A program made the position numbers and the translations under genes. Source: an uncultured Gammaproteobacteria bacterium (GTDB lineage: Bacteria > Pseudomonadota > Gammaproteobacteria > JACCXJ01). Taken from it: a stretch of DNA of 64,000 nucleotides. Below are positions 9,786 to 17,973 of this stretch, in pieces; position 1 is the stretch's first letter; every line of letters begins with the position of its first letter. The notes below the pieces were generated by a model. That model saw nothing but the letters and a program-made list of their open reading frames with translations. It searched no databases and was not told the DNA's origin. The stretch is taken from NCBI GenBank assembly GCA_963764725.1, contig CAVXTM010000016.1, forward strand, positions 192,001-256,000, written 5' to 3'.

Positions 9786-11330
9786 ATGCGTGCTGCCGTG
9801 CTTGTTCGATCATGCATGCTGCTGATGTTGGTGGGCGTGCTCTTCACCGGCTGTGCCAGCGTGCCGAAAGATTACCCCCGCACGCCCTCTACGGCCTTCC
9901 CGGATTACGCGAGCACCGCGATTGGAGCCTACTTCGAGAAGGCGGCCGCCAGTCATCCGGGCCAGTCGGGCTTCGCGATCGTCCCCGATGGGCGCCGGGC
10001 GTTTACCGGGCGGATTGCGATGACCGAGCTGGCGGAAAAGACCCTGGATCTGCAGTATTTCAGCTGGGACGCGGACGCCACCGGCGGGATCCTGGCCGAG
10101 CGCCTGGTTCGGGCCGCCGATCGGGGCGTGCGGGTACGCCTCCTGGTGGATGATCTGAACCTCCAGGGCCGTGACGCCGTCGTCGCCGCCCTGGATGCGC
10201 ACCCGAAAATCGAAATCCGCCTCTTCAATCCCTTCGTCCATCGTTCGGCGCATTTACTGGACTTCATCGCCGACTTCGGTCGCGTCAACCACCGCATGCA
10301 CAATAAGCTCTTCGTCATGGACAACGCGGTCGCGATCGTGGGCGGTCGCAACATCGGCAACCACTATTTCGAGGTCCATCAGCAGGTCAACTTCCGCGAC
10401 CTAGACGCCGTCGCGGTCGGACCGGTGGTGCGGGAGGCCTCCGGCGTGTTCGATCATTTCTGGAACAGTGATTGGGCGGTGCCGATCCGAGCGATGGTGG
10501 ATCGTTCCGCCACCGAGGCCGATCTGCGGAGGCTGGTGCAAACCCGGCACGAACAGATCGCCAAAGAACCCTACCCCTACCCGCTCGATGAGGATGTAGC
10601 CGGCCTCAAGTCGGAGTTGACGGCAATCTTCGACGCCTTGATCTGGGCGCCGGGCCATATGATCTTCGACGACCCGAATGAGATCAAAAAATACGGGCGC
10701 ACGACCACGATGACGGAGGGCTTCCACCGGCGCATCGGGCGCCTTAACGGCGAGTTGCTGATCGAGGTGCCCTATCTGGTGGTCCGTGAACGGGGACTTG
10801 CGGCTGTGAAGCGTTTGCACGAACGGGGTGTCCGAATCCGGGTGCTGACTAACTCCCTGGCCTCCAACGACGTGCTGGCTGCTCACGCCGGCCATGCAGC
10901 GTACCGCAAAGAGCTCATCGCAGCCGGCGTGGAACTCTACGAGCTGCGTTCCGAGCCGGGGGTCAAAAAGCGGATCTTTTACCTGACAGGTTCGCCCCAC
11001 TCGACACTGCATAACAAAGTCATGGTGTTCGATCGCAAGGATGTGTTCATTGGCAGCCTTAATCTCGATCCTCGCTCGGGAGACATCAACACCGAGGCGG
11101 GACTTTATATCGAGAGTCCGGAGCTCGCTGCCAAGGTGATTGCCTACATGGACGAGGGTGTGCTGCCACAGAATAGTTATCGAGTCCAATTGGACGCGGA
11201 CGGTGATCTCTACTGGATCACCGAAACCAACGGGAAGACAGAGCGATACGAGGATGACCCGAACAGCACGGCCTGGCAGCGCGCTCAAGTGCGCTTCATC
11301 AGGATGCTGCCCATCAGGGACCAGCTTTGA
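9786..11330 (+). CDS. Phospholipase D family lipoprotein (cardiolipin synthase ClsC/YmdC-like)
   Basis: Lipobox LFTGC; two HKD motifs, RMHNKLFVMD...GGRNIG and LHNKVMVFD...GSLNLDPRS. Confidence 0.9.
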   Translation: MRAAVLVRSCMLLMLVGVLFTGCASVPKDYPRTPSTAFPDYASTAIGAYFEKAAASHPGQSGFAIVPDGRRAFTGRIAMTELAEKTLDLQYFSWDADATGGILAERLVRAADRGVRVRLLVDDLNLQGRDAVVAALDAHPKIEIRLFNPFVHRSAHLLDFIADFGRVNHRMHNKLFVMDNAVAIVGGRNIGNHYFEVHQQVNFRDLDAVAVGPVVREASGVFDHFWNSDWAVPIRAMVDRSATEADLRRLVQTRHEQIAKEPYPYPLDEDVAGLKSELTAIFDALIWAPGHMIFDDPNEIKKYGRTTTMTEGFHRRIGRLNGELLIEVPYLVVRERGLAAVKRLHERGVRIRVLTNSLASNDVLAAHAGHAAYRKELIAAGVELYELRSEPGVKKRIFYLTGSPHSTLHNKVMVFDRKDVFIGSLNLDPRSGDINTEAGLYIESPELAAKVIAYMDEGVLPQNSYRVQLDADGDLYWITETNGKTERYEDDPNSTAWQRAQVRFIRMLPIRDQL

Positions 11331-11436
11331 TGCGGATCGTGTCATTGACAACCCATTGGTCCATCGGTACTCTACCGCTTGCCCAAAAGGGGGTTTGAGA
11401 TTCCTAATACTAATGATTCAGAAGGAGGAAAGAACG

Positions 11437-11847
11437 ATGAAGGTACGATACTTGGTAGCCTGTCTTGGGGTCGCGTCCGTTGTCCTTGTGGGCGCCGTGG
11501 GCAAGGCGAGAGCCGCTGACGAGTGGTTCGTGCTCGCCGAGCAGACGCTCCAGTCCGTCAATCCAAGCGTGGAGATCACGGGCGAAGAGGGGAAATTATT
11601 TAAGGAAGACATCAAGAAGACGAAGCTCTCGGTCGACGGCGCTGACGTGGAGATCTCGAAGGTCGTCCTCCACTGGAACAATATGCCAGACGACACGATC
11701 TACAATCTCGGAGTCGTGAAGTCGGGAGGAGAAACGGCTCCGAAAGACGCTCCAACACGCGAGGCGACCCTCCTGTCGGTGGCGGTCCAGTACAAGATCC
11801 TTAATAATGCGCCGACGGCCAACCTCAAGGTTTGGGGATACGACTGA
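11437..11847 (+). CDS. Secreted beta-rich protein, DUF2541/YaaI-like, tandem paralog 1
   Basis: Strong RBS AAGGAGG; signal peptide; paralog of the next gene. Family call is tentative. Confidence 0.7.
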   Translation: MKVRYLVACLGVASVVLVGAVGKARAADEWFVLAEQTLQSVNPSVEITGEEGKLFKEDIKKTKLSVDGADVEISKVVLHWNNMPDDTIYNLGVVKSGGETAPKDAPTREATLLSVAVQYKILNNAPTANLKVWGYD

Positions 11848-11915
11848 GCGGGTGTGAGCGCCCACCGGCCGGCGTTTGAAGTTCCATACTAAAGATCAGA
11901 AAGGAGGGAAGAACG

Positions 11916-12323
11916 ATGAAGATACGATACTTGGTGGCCTGTCTTGGGGTCGCGTCCGTCGTCCTTGTGGGCGCCGTCGGCAAGGCGAGAGCCGCTGACG
12001 AGTGGTTCGTGCTCAGCGAGACGGTGCTCAAATCTGCCGACCCAAGCGTGGAGATAAAGAGCTTGGGGGGGCGATGGGACAAGGATATCAAGCAGACAAA
12101 GTTCTCTGTCGAGGGCGCTGACCTAGAGATCGCGAAGGCCGTCCTTAGCTGGGACAATCGCCCCGACGATACGCTCACGAATCTCGGAGTCCTGAAGTCG
12201 GGAGGAGAAACGGCTCCGAAAGATGCTCCGTTACGCAAGGCGCGCCTCGAGTCGGTGACGATCCAGTACAAGATCCTTGGTGATGCACCGATTGCCACCC
12301 TCAAGGTGTGGGGATTCGACTGA
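11916..12323 (+). CDS. Secreted beta-rich protein, DUF2541/YaaI-like, tandem paralog 2
   Basis: Same RBS, leader and signal peptide as 11437-11847; shared KSGGETAPKDAP and LKVWG. Confidence 0.7.
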   Translation: MKIRYLVACLGVASVVLVGAVGKARAADEWFVLSETVLKSADPSVEIKSLGGRWDKDIKQTKFSVEGADLEIAKAVLSWDNRPDDTLTNLGVLKSGGETAPKDAPLRKARLESVTIQYKILGDAPIATLKVWGFD

Positions 12324-12573
12324 GCGGGGCGTGAACGTCGACCAACCGGGTAAGTAGCCGCGATGAGCGCGGCAAAGTTGAGGTGATCGGGTCTCGGTTT
12401 GCTGGAGTCGAGCACACGGCTGTGGCGTTCACGTTCTACACGGGACGCGCGTGCGAGACTTCGGCAAACCGACGCCCGACTGCCTAGCCATGAACGGCTT
12501 CGATACCGCGCCCTCTACCCACAACGGAATCCCGCATGGGCGATGCGCATCGTTCACCTCCCTTGTGGGGTAC

Positions 12574-13203
12574 CTACTCTTTGGCCGCAACGATGGACGG
12601 CGATCCTCTCGATAAGTTGCCGCCTCTTTCCATAGCCGCAACAAGATCCTTAGCACCCGATCCCCACCGGGAGACGGCTTTGAGGGCTTCGGTGAAAGGC
12701 ACGTCCAAGGGATGCACCCGTTTCCGGTCGAGAATGTAGACGGCGCCGGCAAGCGGGGTGGGGATCGATGGGACAAAAACCGTGTAGCGCCCGTCCTCGA
12801 ACTCCTCAATGATGAATGCAGGGACGAGGGCGTCTTCGATCTCGACGAGTGCCGGCTTCCAGGTGCTCTCTTGGTCCTCCCCGGCGAGTCGCTGCGTGAG
12901 GCTTCGAAAGAGCGCGTAGCCCGGGATTCTTTGGAAGAAACCTTTCTCTATCCGCTCCCGGACCTCTCGTCCTGCCCGAGTGCGGACGGCAACGCCGATT
13001 AGAAAGCAGATCATAAGCACGAGGAGAAGGGACATAGCCTGCTCGGCTGGAAACCAGTCTGGGAGGAGCTGGGCGAATGGCCGCACCAGCTGCCCGACTG
13101 ATTTCATTCCCTTGAGCAGCACCAGGACGGCGAGGTAAATCGGAACGACAACGAGCAAGCCGGCAAGCACCGCTTTTGCGACGAATACGAGAGCCTTTTT
13201 CAT
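12574..13203 (-). CDS. DUF502 domain membrane protein
   Basis: Two TM helices, RIPGYALFRSL, TVFVPSIPTPLAGAVY. Confidence 0.85.
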   Translation of the reverse strand: MKKALVFVAKAVLAGLLVVVPIYLAVLVLLKGMKSVGQLVRPFAQLLPDWFPAEQAMSLLLVLMICFLIGVAVRTRAGREVRERIEKGFFQRIPGYALFRSLTQRLAGEDQESTWKPALVEIEDALVPAFIIEEFEDGRYTVFVPSIPTPLAGAVYILDRKRVHPLDVPFTEALKAVSRWGSGAKDLVAAMERGGNLSRGSPSIVAAKE

Positions 13204-13249
13204 ACACTACTTTTCTTCATTCTGGATTGGCTGAAAGGGCCGTGACTCT

Positions 13250-13415
13250 TGACCTCCCTGGACCTGTGGAGTCCGCGTTACATTGGGAAACCGATAAATG
13301 AGTTGTCGCAGTTTGAAACCGGCGGTGTCAACATCCGCCTCCGACTGCGCGGCAAAAGCCGACTCCCGGAAAGATCAAACCTTTTGAGTCCCCCGGCAGA
13401 GCCGGGGGTTTACCT
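13250..13415 (-). mobile_element. IS200/IS605-like left-end remnant without transposase
   Basis: Minus strand GTAAACCCCCGGC-TCT-GCCGGGGGACTCAAAAGGTTTGA hairpin (13390-13408), resembling IS200-type ends. Followed by TTGACA and a GGAGG, but no tnpA. Confidence 0.5.
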
Positions 13416-13425
13416 ACTTTAACTA

Positions 13426-13689
13426 TTAGTACTTGGTGTCCCGGGCGGTGTCCCGCGACTCCTGCTTGGTGCCGCGCTTGTCCTGTCAACATTCCGCACG
13501 GCTCTTTTCATCTCCCGCCTTGCAATCAGCCTTCGCGTCCCTTGCGCCCTGGCGGCCAGTCTGCTTCGTATCCCGCGCTTCCTGCCGTTGCTGACCCTGC
13601 TCGGTTGCATAGGTCGGCACCGACACCAACTGCACACCGGCGGCGATGGCCAAAGTCGCTACGGCAGTCAAATAGTTCTTACCAATCAT
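13426..13689 (-). pseudogene. Small secreted protein with 11-residue repeats and an in-frame TGA
   Basis: RBS GGAGGAG, signal peptide, RQEARDTKQTG/RQGARDAKADC. TGA at 13486-13488, then the frame continues QDKRGTKQESRDTARDTKY*. Confidence 0.65.
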
Positions 13690-13850
13690 GATCTCCTCCA
13701 ATTCGCGACTGCGATTAGGAATTTCAAACGCGCCTTTTATCGCCACTACTTATGCTGGAGTGTAACACCACCAGCACCGAACATGAAATCGATGCCCCGC
13801 GTCGTTGCGACGAGGTTGATGACCCACCCAGACGCCGGTCGGTCATCGGC

Positions 13851-14207
13851 TCAGCTCGGGACCTTCCACGCGCCGTCCGGCTGCTTGCAGAACGTGAACT
13901 CGCTGCGCCCCGTGAGGCCATCGGCCGCGTTCGTGAACTCGATGAGCCGGCACGGGCGGCCGGCACGGGCGAAGGACTTCTGCGGCGTTGCCGTCCCCGA
14001 ATGGCCCGTTTTGGAGTTGAGCCACGCGTTGGTTTGCCCGTCGGGCAGCTTTTCCAGGGCCTCGCGATAGTTCTTCGTCAGGAGCCGGATGTCCTCCGCG
14101 TCCATGTGCTCCATCGGCCCGCCCACGAGGAAGCCGAGGTTTTGCGCGATCGCGGCCGGCGCGAGCGTAACTGCGGCAGCGACGAGCACGCACCGGGTAA
14201 TGGTCAT
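13851..14207 (-). CDS. RT0821/Lpp0805 (17-kDa surface antigen-like) protein
   Basis: Signal peptide, DGQTNAWLNSKTGHSG, CRLIEF, FCKQPDGAWK. Confidence 0.8.
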   Translation of the reverse strand: MTITRCVLVAAAVTLAPAAIAQNLGFLVGGPMEHMDAEDIRLLTKNYREALEKLPDGQTNAWLNSKTGHSGTATPQKSFARAGRPCRLIEFTNAADGLTGRSEFTFCKQPDGAWKVPS

Positions 14208-14454
14208 TTCAGTCCTCGCTCCAGGGCTGCCCGGAGGATACCCGTGCGGCCGGCGCGATCGACGTATAGGATTTTCCAACGTCCTTTTTCTCCTCAAAAG
14301 TGAAGGTACTGCTTAACCTGCGAAGTGTCAATCACGTGTATTCGGCCAATACATTCTGCACTGTGTAGGTGGAAGAGATGATGCCACAACCGATGCGGGG
14401 GTGTTCAGTCCCAGGGCATGATGAGGGCGTTCGGTGTTGTACCACAGCAGCCAG

Positions 14455-14637
14455 TCACGGGCTGAATTCGTCCCCCCACACGCGCACGTTTGGCATCCCC
14501 GGCACCTGTACTTCGGATTCGAGTGCGGCCGGCGGTGGCGAATGGGGCCTCAGGGCGCTGCAACCCGCCAGGGTCGCGGCGAGTGCGAACGATAGCATCA
14601 CACGCGTCGTTCGCTTATGGGGTAGCGGTTTCGTCAT
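14455..14637 (-). pseudogene. N-terminal stub of a lipoprotein, probably patatin-like phospholipase
   Basis: Lipobox LAGC, then VQVPGMPNVRVWGDE, typical of the start of patatin-like lipoproteins. Stops after 60 aa. Confidence 0.5.
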
Positions 14638-14733
14638 AAATCGTCATCTCTGATTGAAACAGCAGCGCCGCCGTAGGAAAGGGTTAGACACGCCTTGACT
14701 TACAACACTCGCGTCCTCTGTGGGCTGGACAGC

Positions 14734-15720
14734 TCAGTACACCTTCATCAGCCCGGCCAGCACCTGGTAGTCGAAGGGGTCGGGATCTGTTACAGGCACC
14801 TCTACGGCGCCGAGTAGATACCAGTCCCGGCCCAGATGTGTGCGGAAACCCGGAGTGAAGGTCAGGGTGGTAGTGTTCGGTCCGCGATCGTCCATAAAGT
14901 TCTTCAGGTTGGTCGACAGGTACCAAACCAGATCACCAAACGGCGTGGCATCGTGCGGCGTAAAATAATAGCCTACTGCCAGATTTCCTTGGAACGTCGT
15001 GCGGGCGCCGGCCTCGTCTTTGGACTGGTCGCCGTATGGGACTTCAAAGGCAAACCCGCCGCGGACCACCATTCCCCGCCAAACGTTAGCCCAGAACTCA
15101 TAGGTCGGCGTGACCGAAGACACGCCGTTACCGTTCTCGACATCGCCCGTCGGTGTTCGGAATCTGACGTTGAACAGCTGGGTGACGTTCCGCGTTTCAG
15201 AGAGCAAAACGTTCGGTACGATCGTATAGTCGCCGAAGGAGCTGTGGTAATCGCCTCCCGCCCCCTTGTTCTTGACGAAAAACGGGATGTCATTCCGCAG
15301 CTCGAACCGCCGACTCAGTCCGTTATAGAGCGTGAGACCGCCCGTGTACTGATCGCCGTTTCCACCGAAACCGTTGGCGAACCCGAAGGTTGCGATGCCG
15401 AGCCGGTAGAACACGCCGTCGAAGGCGTTGAGCCAGCCCTGTCGCGGCGCACCTCCCTCACCGGTCGGTGGGCTCACCCAGGCCTCATCCCAGCCCTCGG
15501 TAAAAAAAGTGCCTAAGGAAAGCGCCCGCCACCTCGAGGGCTCGGCATACACGTCACCCGTCAGCGATTCGACCATTGCATCCCACACACTTCCATCCCT
15601 TGGGCGCGACTCAGCAGTATCATTCGTCATCTCCTCGGCCAAGCTCTGCGCAGGGAGCCCTCCTATCCAGAGCAGGCACTGGCCGAGCATCAACCAGCTA
15701 CGCACGCGATTCATCCTCAT
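14734..15720 (-). CDS. Putative outer-membrane beta-barrel protein (transporter-like)
   Basis: RBS GGAGG before MRMNRVRSW; signal peptide; alternating beta-strand pattern; C-terminal aromatic residue (LMKVY). Confidence 0.7.
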   Translation of the reverse strand: MRMNRVRSWLMLGQCLLWIGGLPAQSLAEEMTNDTAESRPRDGSVWDAMVESLTGDVYAEPSRWRALSLGTFFTEGWDEAWVSPPTGEGGAPRQGWLNAFDGVFYRLGIATFGFANGFGGNGDQYTGGLTLYNGLSRRFELRNDIPFFVKNKGAGGDYHSSFGDYTIVPNVLLSETRNVTQLFNVRFRTPTGDVENGNGVSSVTPTYEFWANVWRGMVVRGGFAFEVPYGDQSKDEAGARTTFQGNLAVGYYFTPHDATPFGDLVWYLSTNLKNFMDDRGPNTTTLTFTPGFRTHLGRDWYLLGAVEVPVTDPDPFDYQVLAGLMKVY

Positions 15721-15889
15721 GGTCTTTCTTCCTCCACATTTCTTGTCGATAGGCTCAGCTCGCTGAGCAGCCTGCATTGATGACAATCTTGGTCCCATCC
15801 TTATTGTAGATTTCAAATTCCGCGGCGGCGGCAATGCCTCCACCTGTTCTCTGGCTATTCGCCCGAAATGATATCCGGTGCCGCTTACC

Positions 15890-16615
15890 TCAGGCAAGGA
15901 GCATTTCTTTAAGACTTCGTGCGACCAACCGATGGGCAGATCGCCGTTTTTTGCCCGCGAGCAACGCCTGATTGATCTCCAGTTCCACACCGACATACCG
16001 GTCCGTCGGATGGCGCCGGCGCAGCCAGGTACAAAGACCATCAGTGGAACCCGGGTAGGGATAGTTCCGCCGTACCCGCAGCGCTGGGTCCATGGATTCC
16101 AGGGCCATTTTCCAGCGGCAGCAAAAAGCTTTTTCCCACGGGTGGCGTGAATCGTACAACAGGCCGATGTCCGCATTTCTGCGTGTTCCTCCGAGTACCG
16201 GTACAAAACTGTGCACGGCGACATGGACCACATTGGATCCCTGCGCCAGCTCGTTTTGTATATGCGTCTCCACTTTCCGGCGATGCGGCCACCAATAGCG
16301 CTCGAGAATTCCTGTCTTGTCCGCGGCTGGAAGTCCGGCAGTGTATTGCGACCAGACGCGCGGATTGGTCGGAGCGCGGTTGGATTCCACGAGCAGACGG
16401 CACCATGTCACGTAGTGAACCGGCAGGTGGAAAAACCGCCCGAGGAACCGTGCCAGGTCCAGCGCGCCTGGATCCCAGCCCCGGTGCGAATTCACTGCAG
16501 GGGCGGCGCCCCGGAAAAGGCGGGCATACTGATGCGGGATACGGTTGCCACCATGTTCGCAGGTCAGCGTCAGGCGGTCACACCGGGGCGCAGTTGGACG
16601 GGAGGATTTCGGCAT
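15890..16615 (-). CDS. N-formylglutamate amidohydrolase family protein
   Basis: LTCEHGGN, HRGWDPGA, HVAVHSF, ADIGLLYD, RRNYPY, VELEINQ. Confidence 0.9.
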   Translation of the reverse strand: MPKSSRPTAPRCDRLTLTCEHGGNRIPHQYARLFRGAAPAVNSHRGWDPGALDLARFLGRFFHLPVHYVTWCRLLVESNRAPTNPRVWSQYTAGLPAADKTGILERYWWPHRRKVETHIQNELAQGSNVVHVAVHSFVPVLGGTRRNADIGLLYDSRHPWEKAFCCRWKMALESMDPALRVRRNYPYPGSTDGLCTWLRRRHPTDRYVGVELEINQALLAGKKRRSAHRLVARSLKEMLLA

Positions 16616-16618
16616 GGC

Positions 16619-17341
16619 CTATTTACGGAACTGCCAGTCTTTGGGCCGGATCACGAGGCAGTTCGCGTCGTCCGTGGCCGTGCCCAGGAAAATGGAGCCA
16701 ATCAAACGATAGATGCCGACCCGGTAATACTTGCTGCCATGTGCTGGGTTGTCCATGAGTGGATCCGCGATGCTAACCGTTTCATCCTGTGAACAGTATC
16801 CGCACACGACAATGAAATGACCATACACATCGCCGGTGATGTCATCGGGTCCCTGCTCCGTTTCCCGCGCGCACTGGTAGAGATAAACGCCGTTGGTGCC
16901 GGCCAGAATCGGCAGTCCCCGTTCCAGCACGCCGCCGATGCGTTGTGGGGACAGATCACCCCAAACCACCTTGCCACCCCGCTCAAGGTACTCTTCCAGG
17001 ACGGTGAGGGCGAGTGAGAAGCGGTCGTCCTTAAGCCATCCCTTGGCCTCGAAGCGCGCCCTTAACTTGGCCGCGAGGTCAGTCTTGCCCGTGAACCAGG
17101 TCGGATCCCAGTAATTCACGTTTGATACCCACATGGCGGCCTCGTAACCACGGCGCAATGCGTGCAGGGCCAGGTGCATACTCAGGGTCCCGCCACCGAT
17201 TGCGTGCTGGTGCACCTCGGAGATCACCTGCGGGAGCGTGATGTTGTCCCCGAAATAGGAATAAAGCGCGTGCAGGCTGGTGGGACCACACGTTGTGTAA
17301 TTCGGCTGGCGCTCTATGTTTACCGGAAGTTCGATATCCAT
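16619..17341 (-). CDS. Peptidase C39-like (papain fold) protein
   Basis: Q...TTCGPTSL (catalytic Cys), GHFIVVCGY (His), IADP (Asp). Confidence 0.85.
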   Translation of the reverse strand: MDIELPVNIERQPNYTTCGPTSLHALYSYFGDNITLPQVISEVHQHAIGGGTLSMHLALHALRRGYEAAMWVSNVNYWDPTWFTGKTDLAAKLRARFEAKGWLKDDRFSLALTVLEEYLERGGKVVWGDLSPQRIGGVLERGLPILAGTNGVYLYQCARETEQGPDDITGDVYGHFIVVCGYCSQDETVSIADPLMDNPAHGSKYYRVGIYRLIGSIFLGTATDDANCLVIRPKDWQFRK

Positions 17342-17390
17342 TTTTTATCCCAATGCATTTCTATTTTTCTCTTTAACTTCCAGAGTAAAC

Positions 17391-17690
17391 TTATGCGTCT
17401 TGAGTTACGCGTATGGATTTGTACGTATCATGCCGTTTTTCTGCCTCGCTGCGACGTGAGCAGTGTACGGGTGTGTTGCGCAGCTCATCGCCGACGATGG
17501 CCATCTTGACGATCGCGTTACCATGTTCGATTAGAAAGCTGGCGTCGGCCCATTGCTCGGTCTTCTCCCACCCTCGAAAATTCTCGAGTTTCGCGAGTAG
17601 CCTTACCCCTTTGCCTTGGCCGATCAAGCCCCTAAGTCCTTCTCGACTTGCCACTGATTGTAACCGGTCGCGCCGATTTCCGCGAGCCAA
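17391..17690 (-). pseudogene. Degraded SpoIIAA-like (STAS/SEC14) fragment
   Basis: VRLLAKLENFRGWEKTEQWADASFLIEHGNAIVKMAIVGDE resembles this family; both ends are degenerate. Confidence 0.5.
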
Positions 17691-17861
17691 AGTCTGCGCC
17701 GGGTTTAGCGGAAGGTATTGACTATGCCCCAGTTGAGCGTGAACCGACTTCCCGGGGTGAAGTCCTTGTCTTCTCTCCGTCGCGCGACCTCACCTCTGTT
17801 AAGGAATGCTCATGCACGGGGACAGGCATCGAAGACCTAGCGGTGAGCGCCAAGATCCTAG

Positions 17862-17942
17862 GGCCGATGAATGGCCGAAAAGTCCCCGGTCCTGGACCCA
17901 GGACGCGCGTGTTTGACAGCTAACAGGTCCAGTCGTATCTTC
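17862..17942 (+). promoter_or_regulatory. ~80 bp repeat copy 2: sigma70 promoter with upstream palindrome
   Basis: TTGACA(17913)-17 bp-TATCTT(17936); inverted repeat GTCCTGG-AC-CCAGGAC (17889-17904); about 30 bp before the SulP start. Confidence 0.7.
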
Positions 17943-17973
17943 CCTTTCTATTCTCTCTTGTTGGAGATTTTTC

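Noticed and set aside
12360-12560. RBS plus ATG on the minus strand downstream of DUF502
   Set aside because: Stops within about 12 codons and no family is recognisable; at most an old remnant.
13486-13488. In-frame TGA after Cys as possible selenocysteine
   Set aside because: The repeat register (RQEAR, RQGAR, xQDKR, RDTAR) predicts Arg, so CGA to TGA mutation or error is simpler; no convincing SECIS.
14734-16233. 499-aa ORF overlapping the amidohydrolase
   Set aside because: The first ~170 codons are an off-frame shadow; RBS and signal peptide place the start at 15720.
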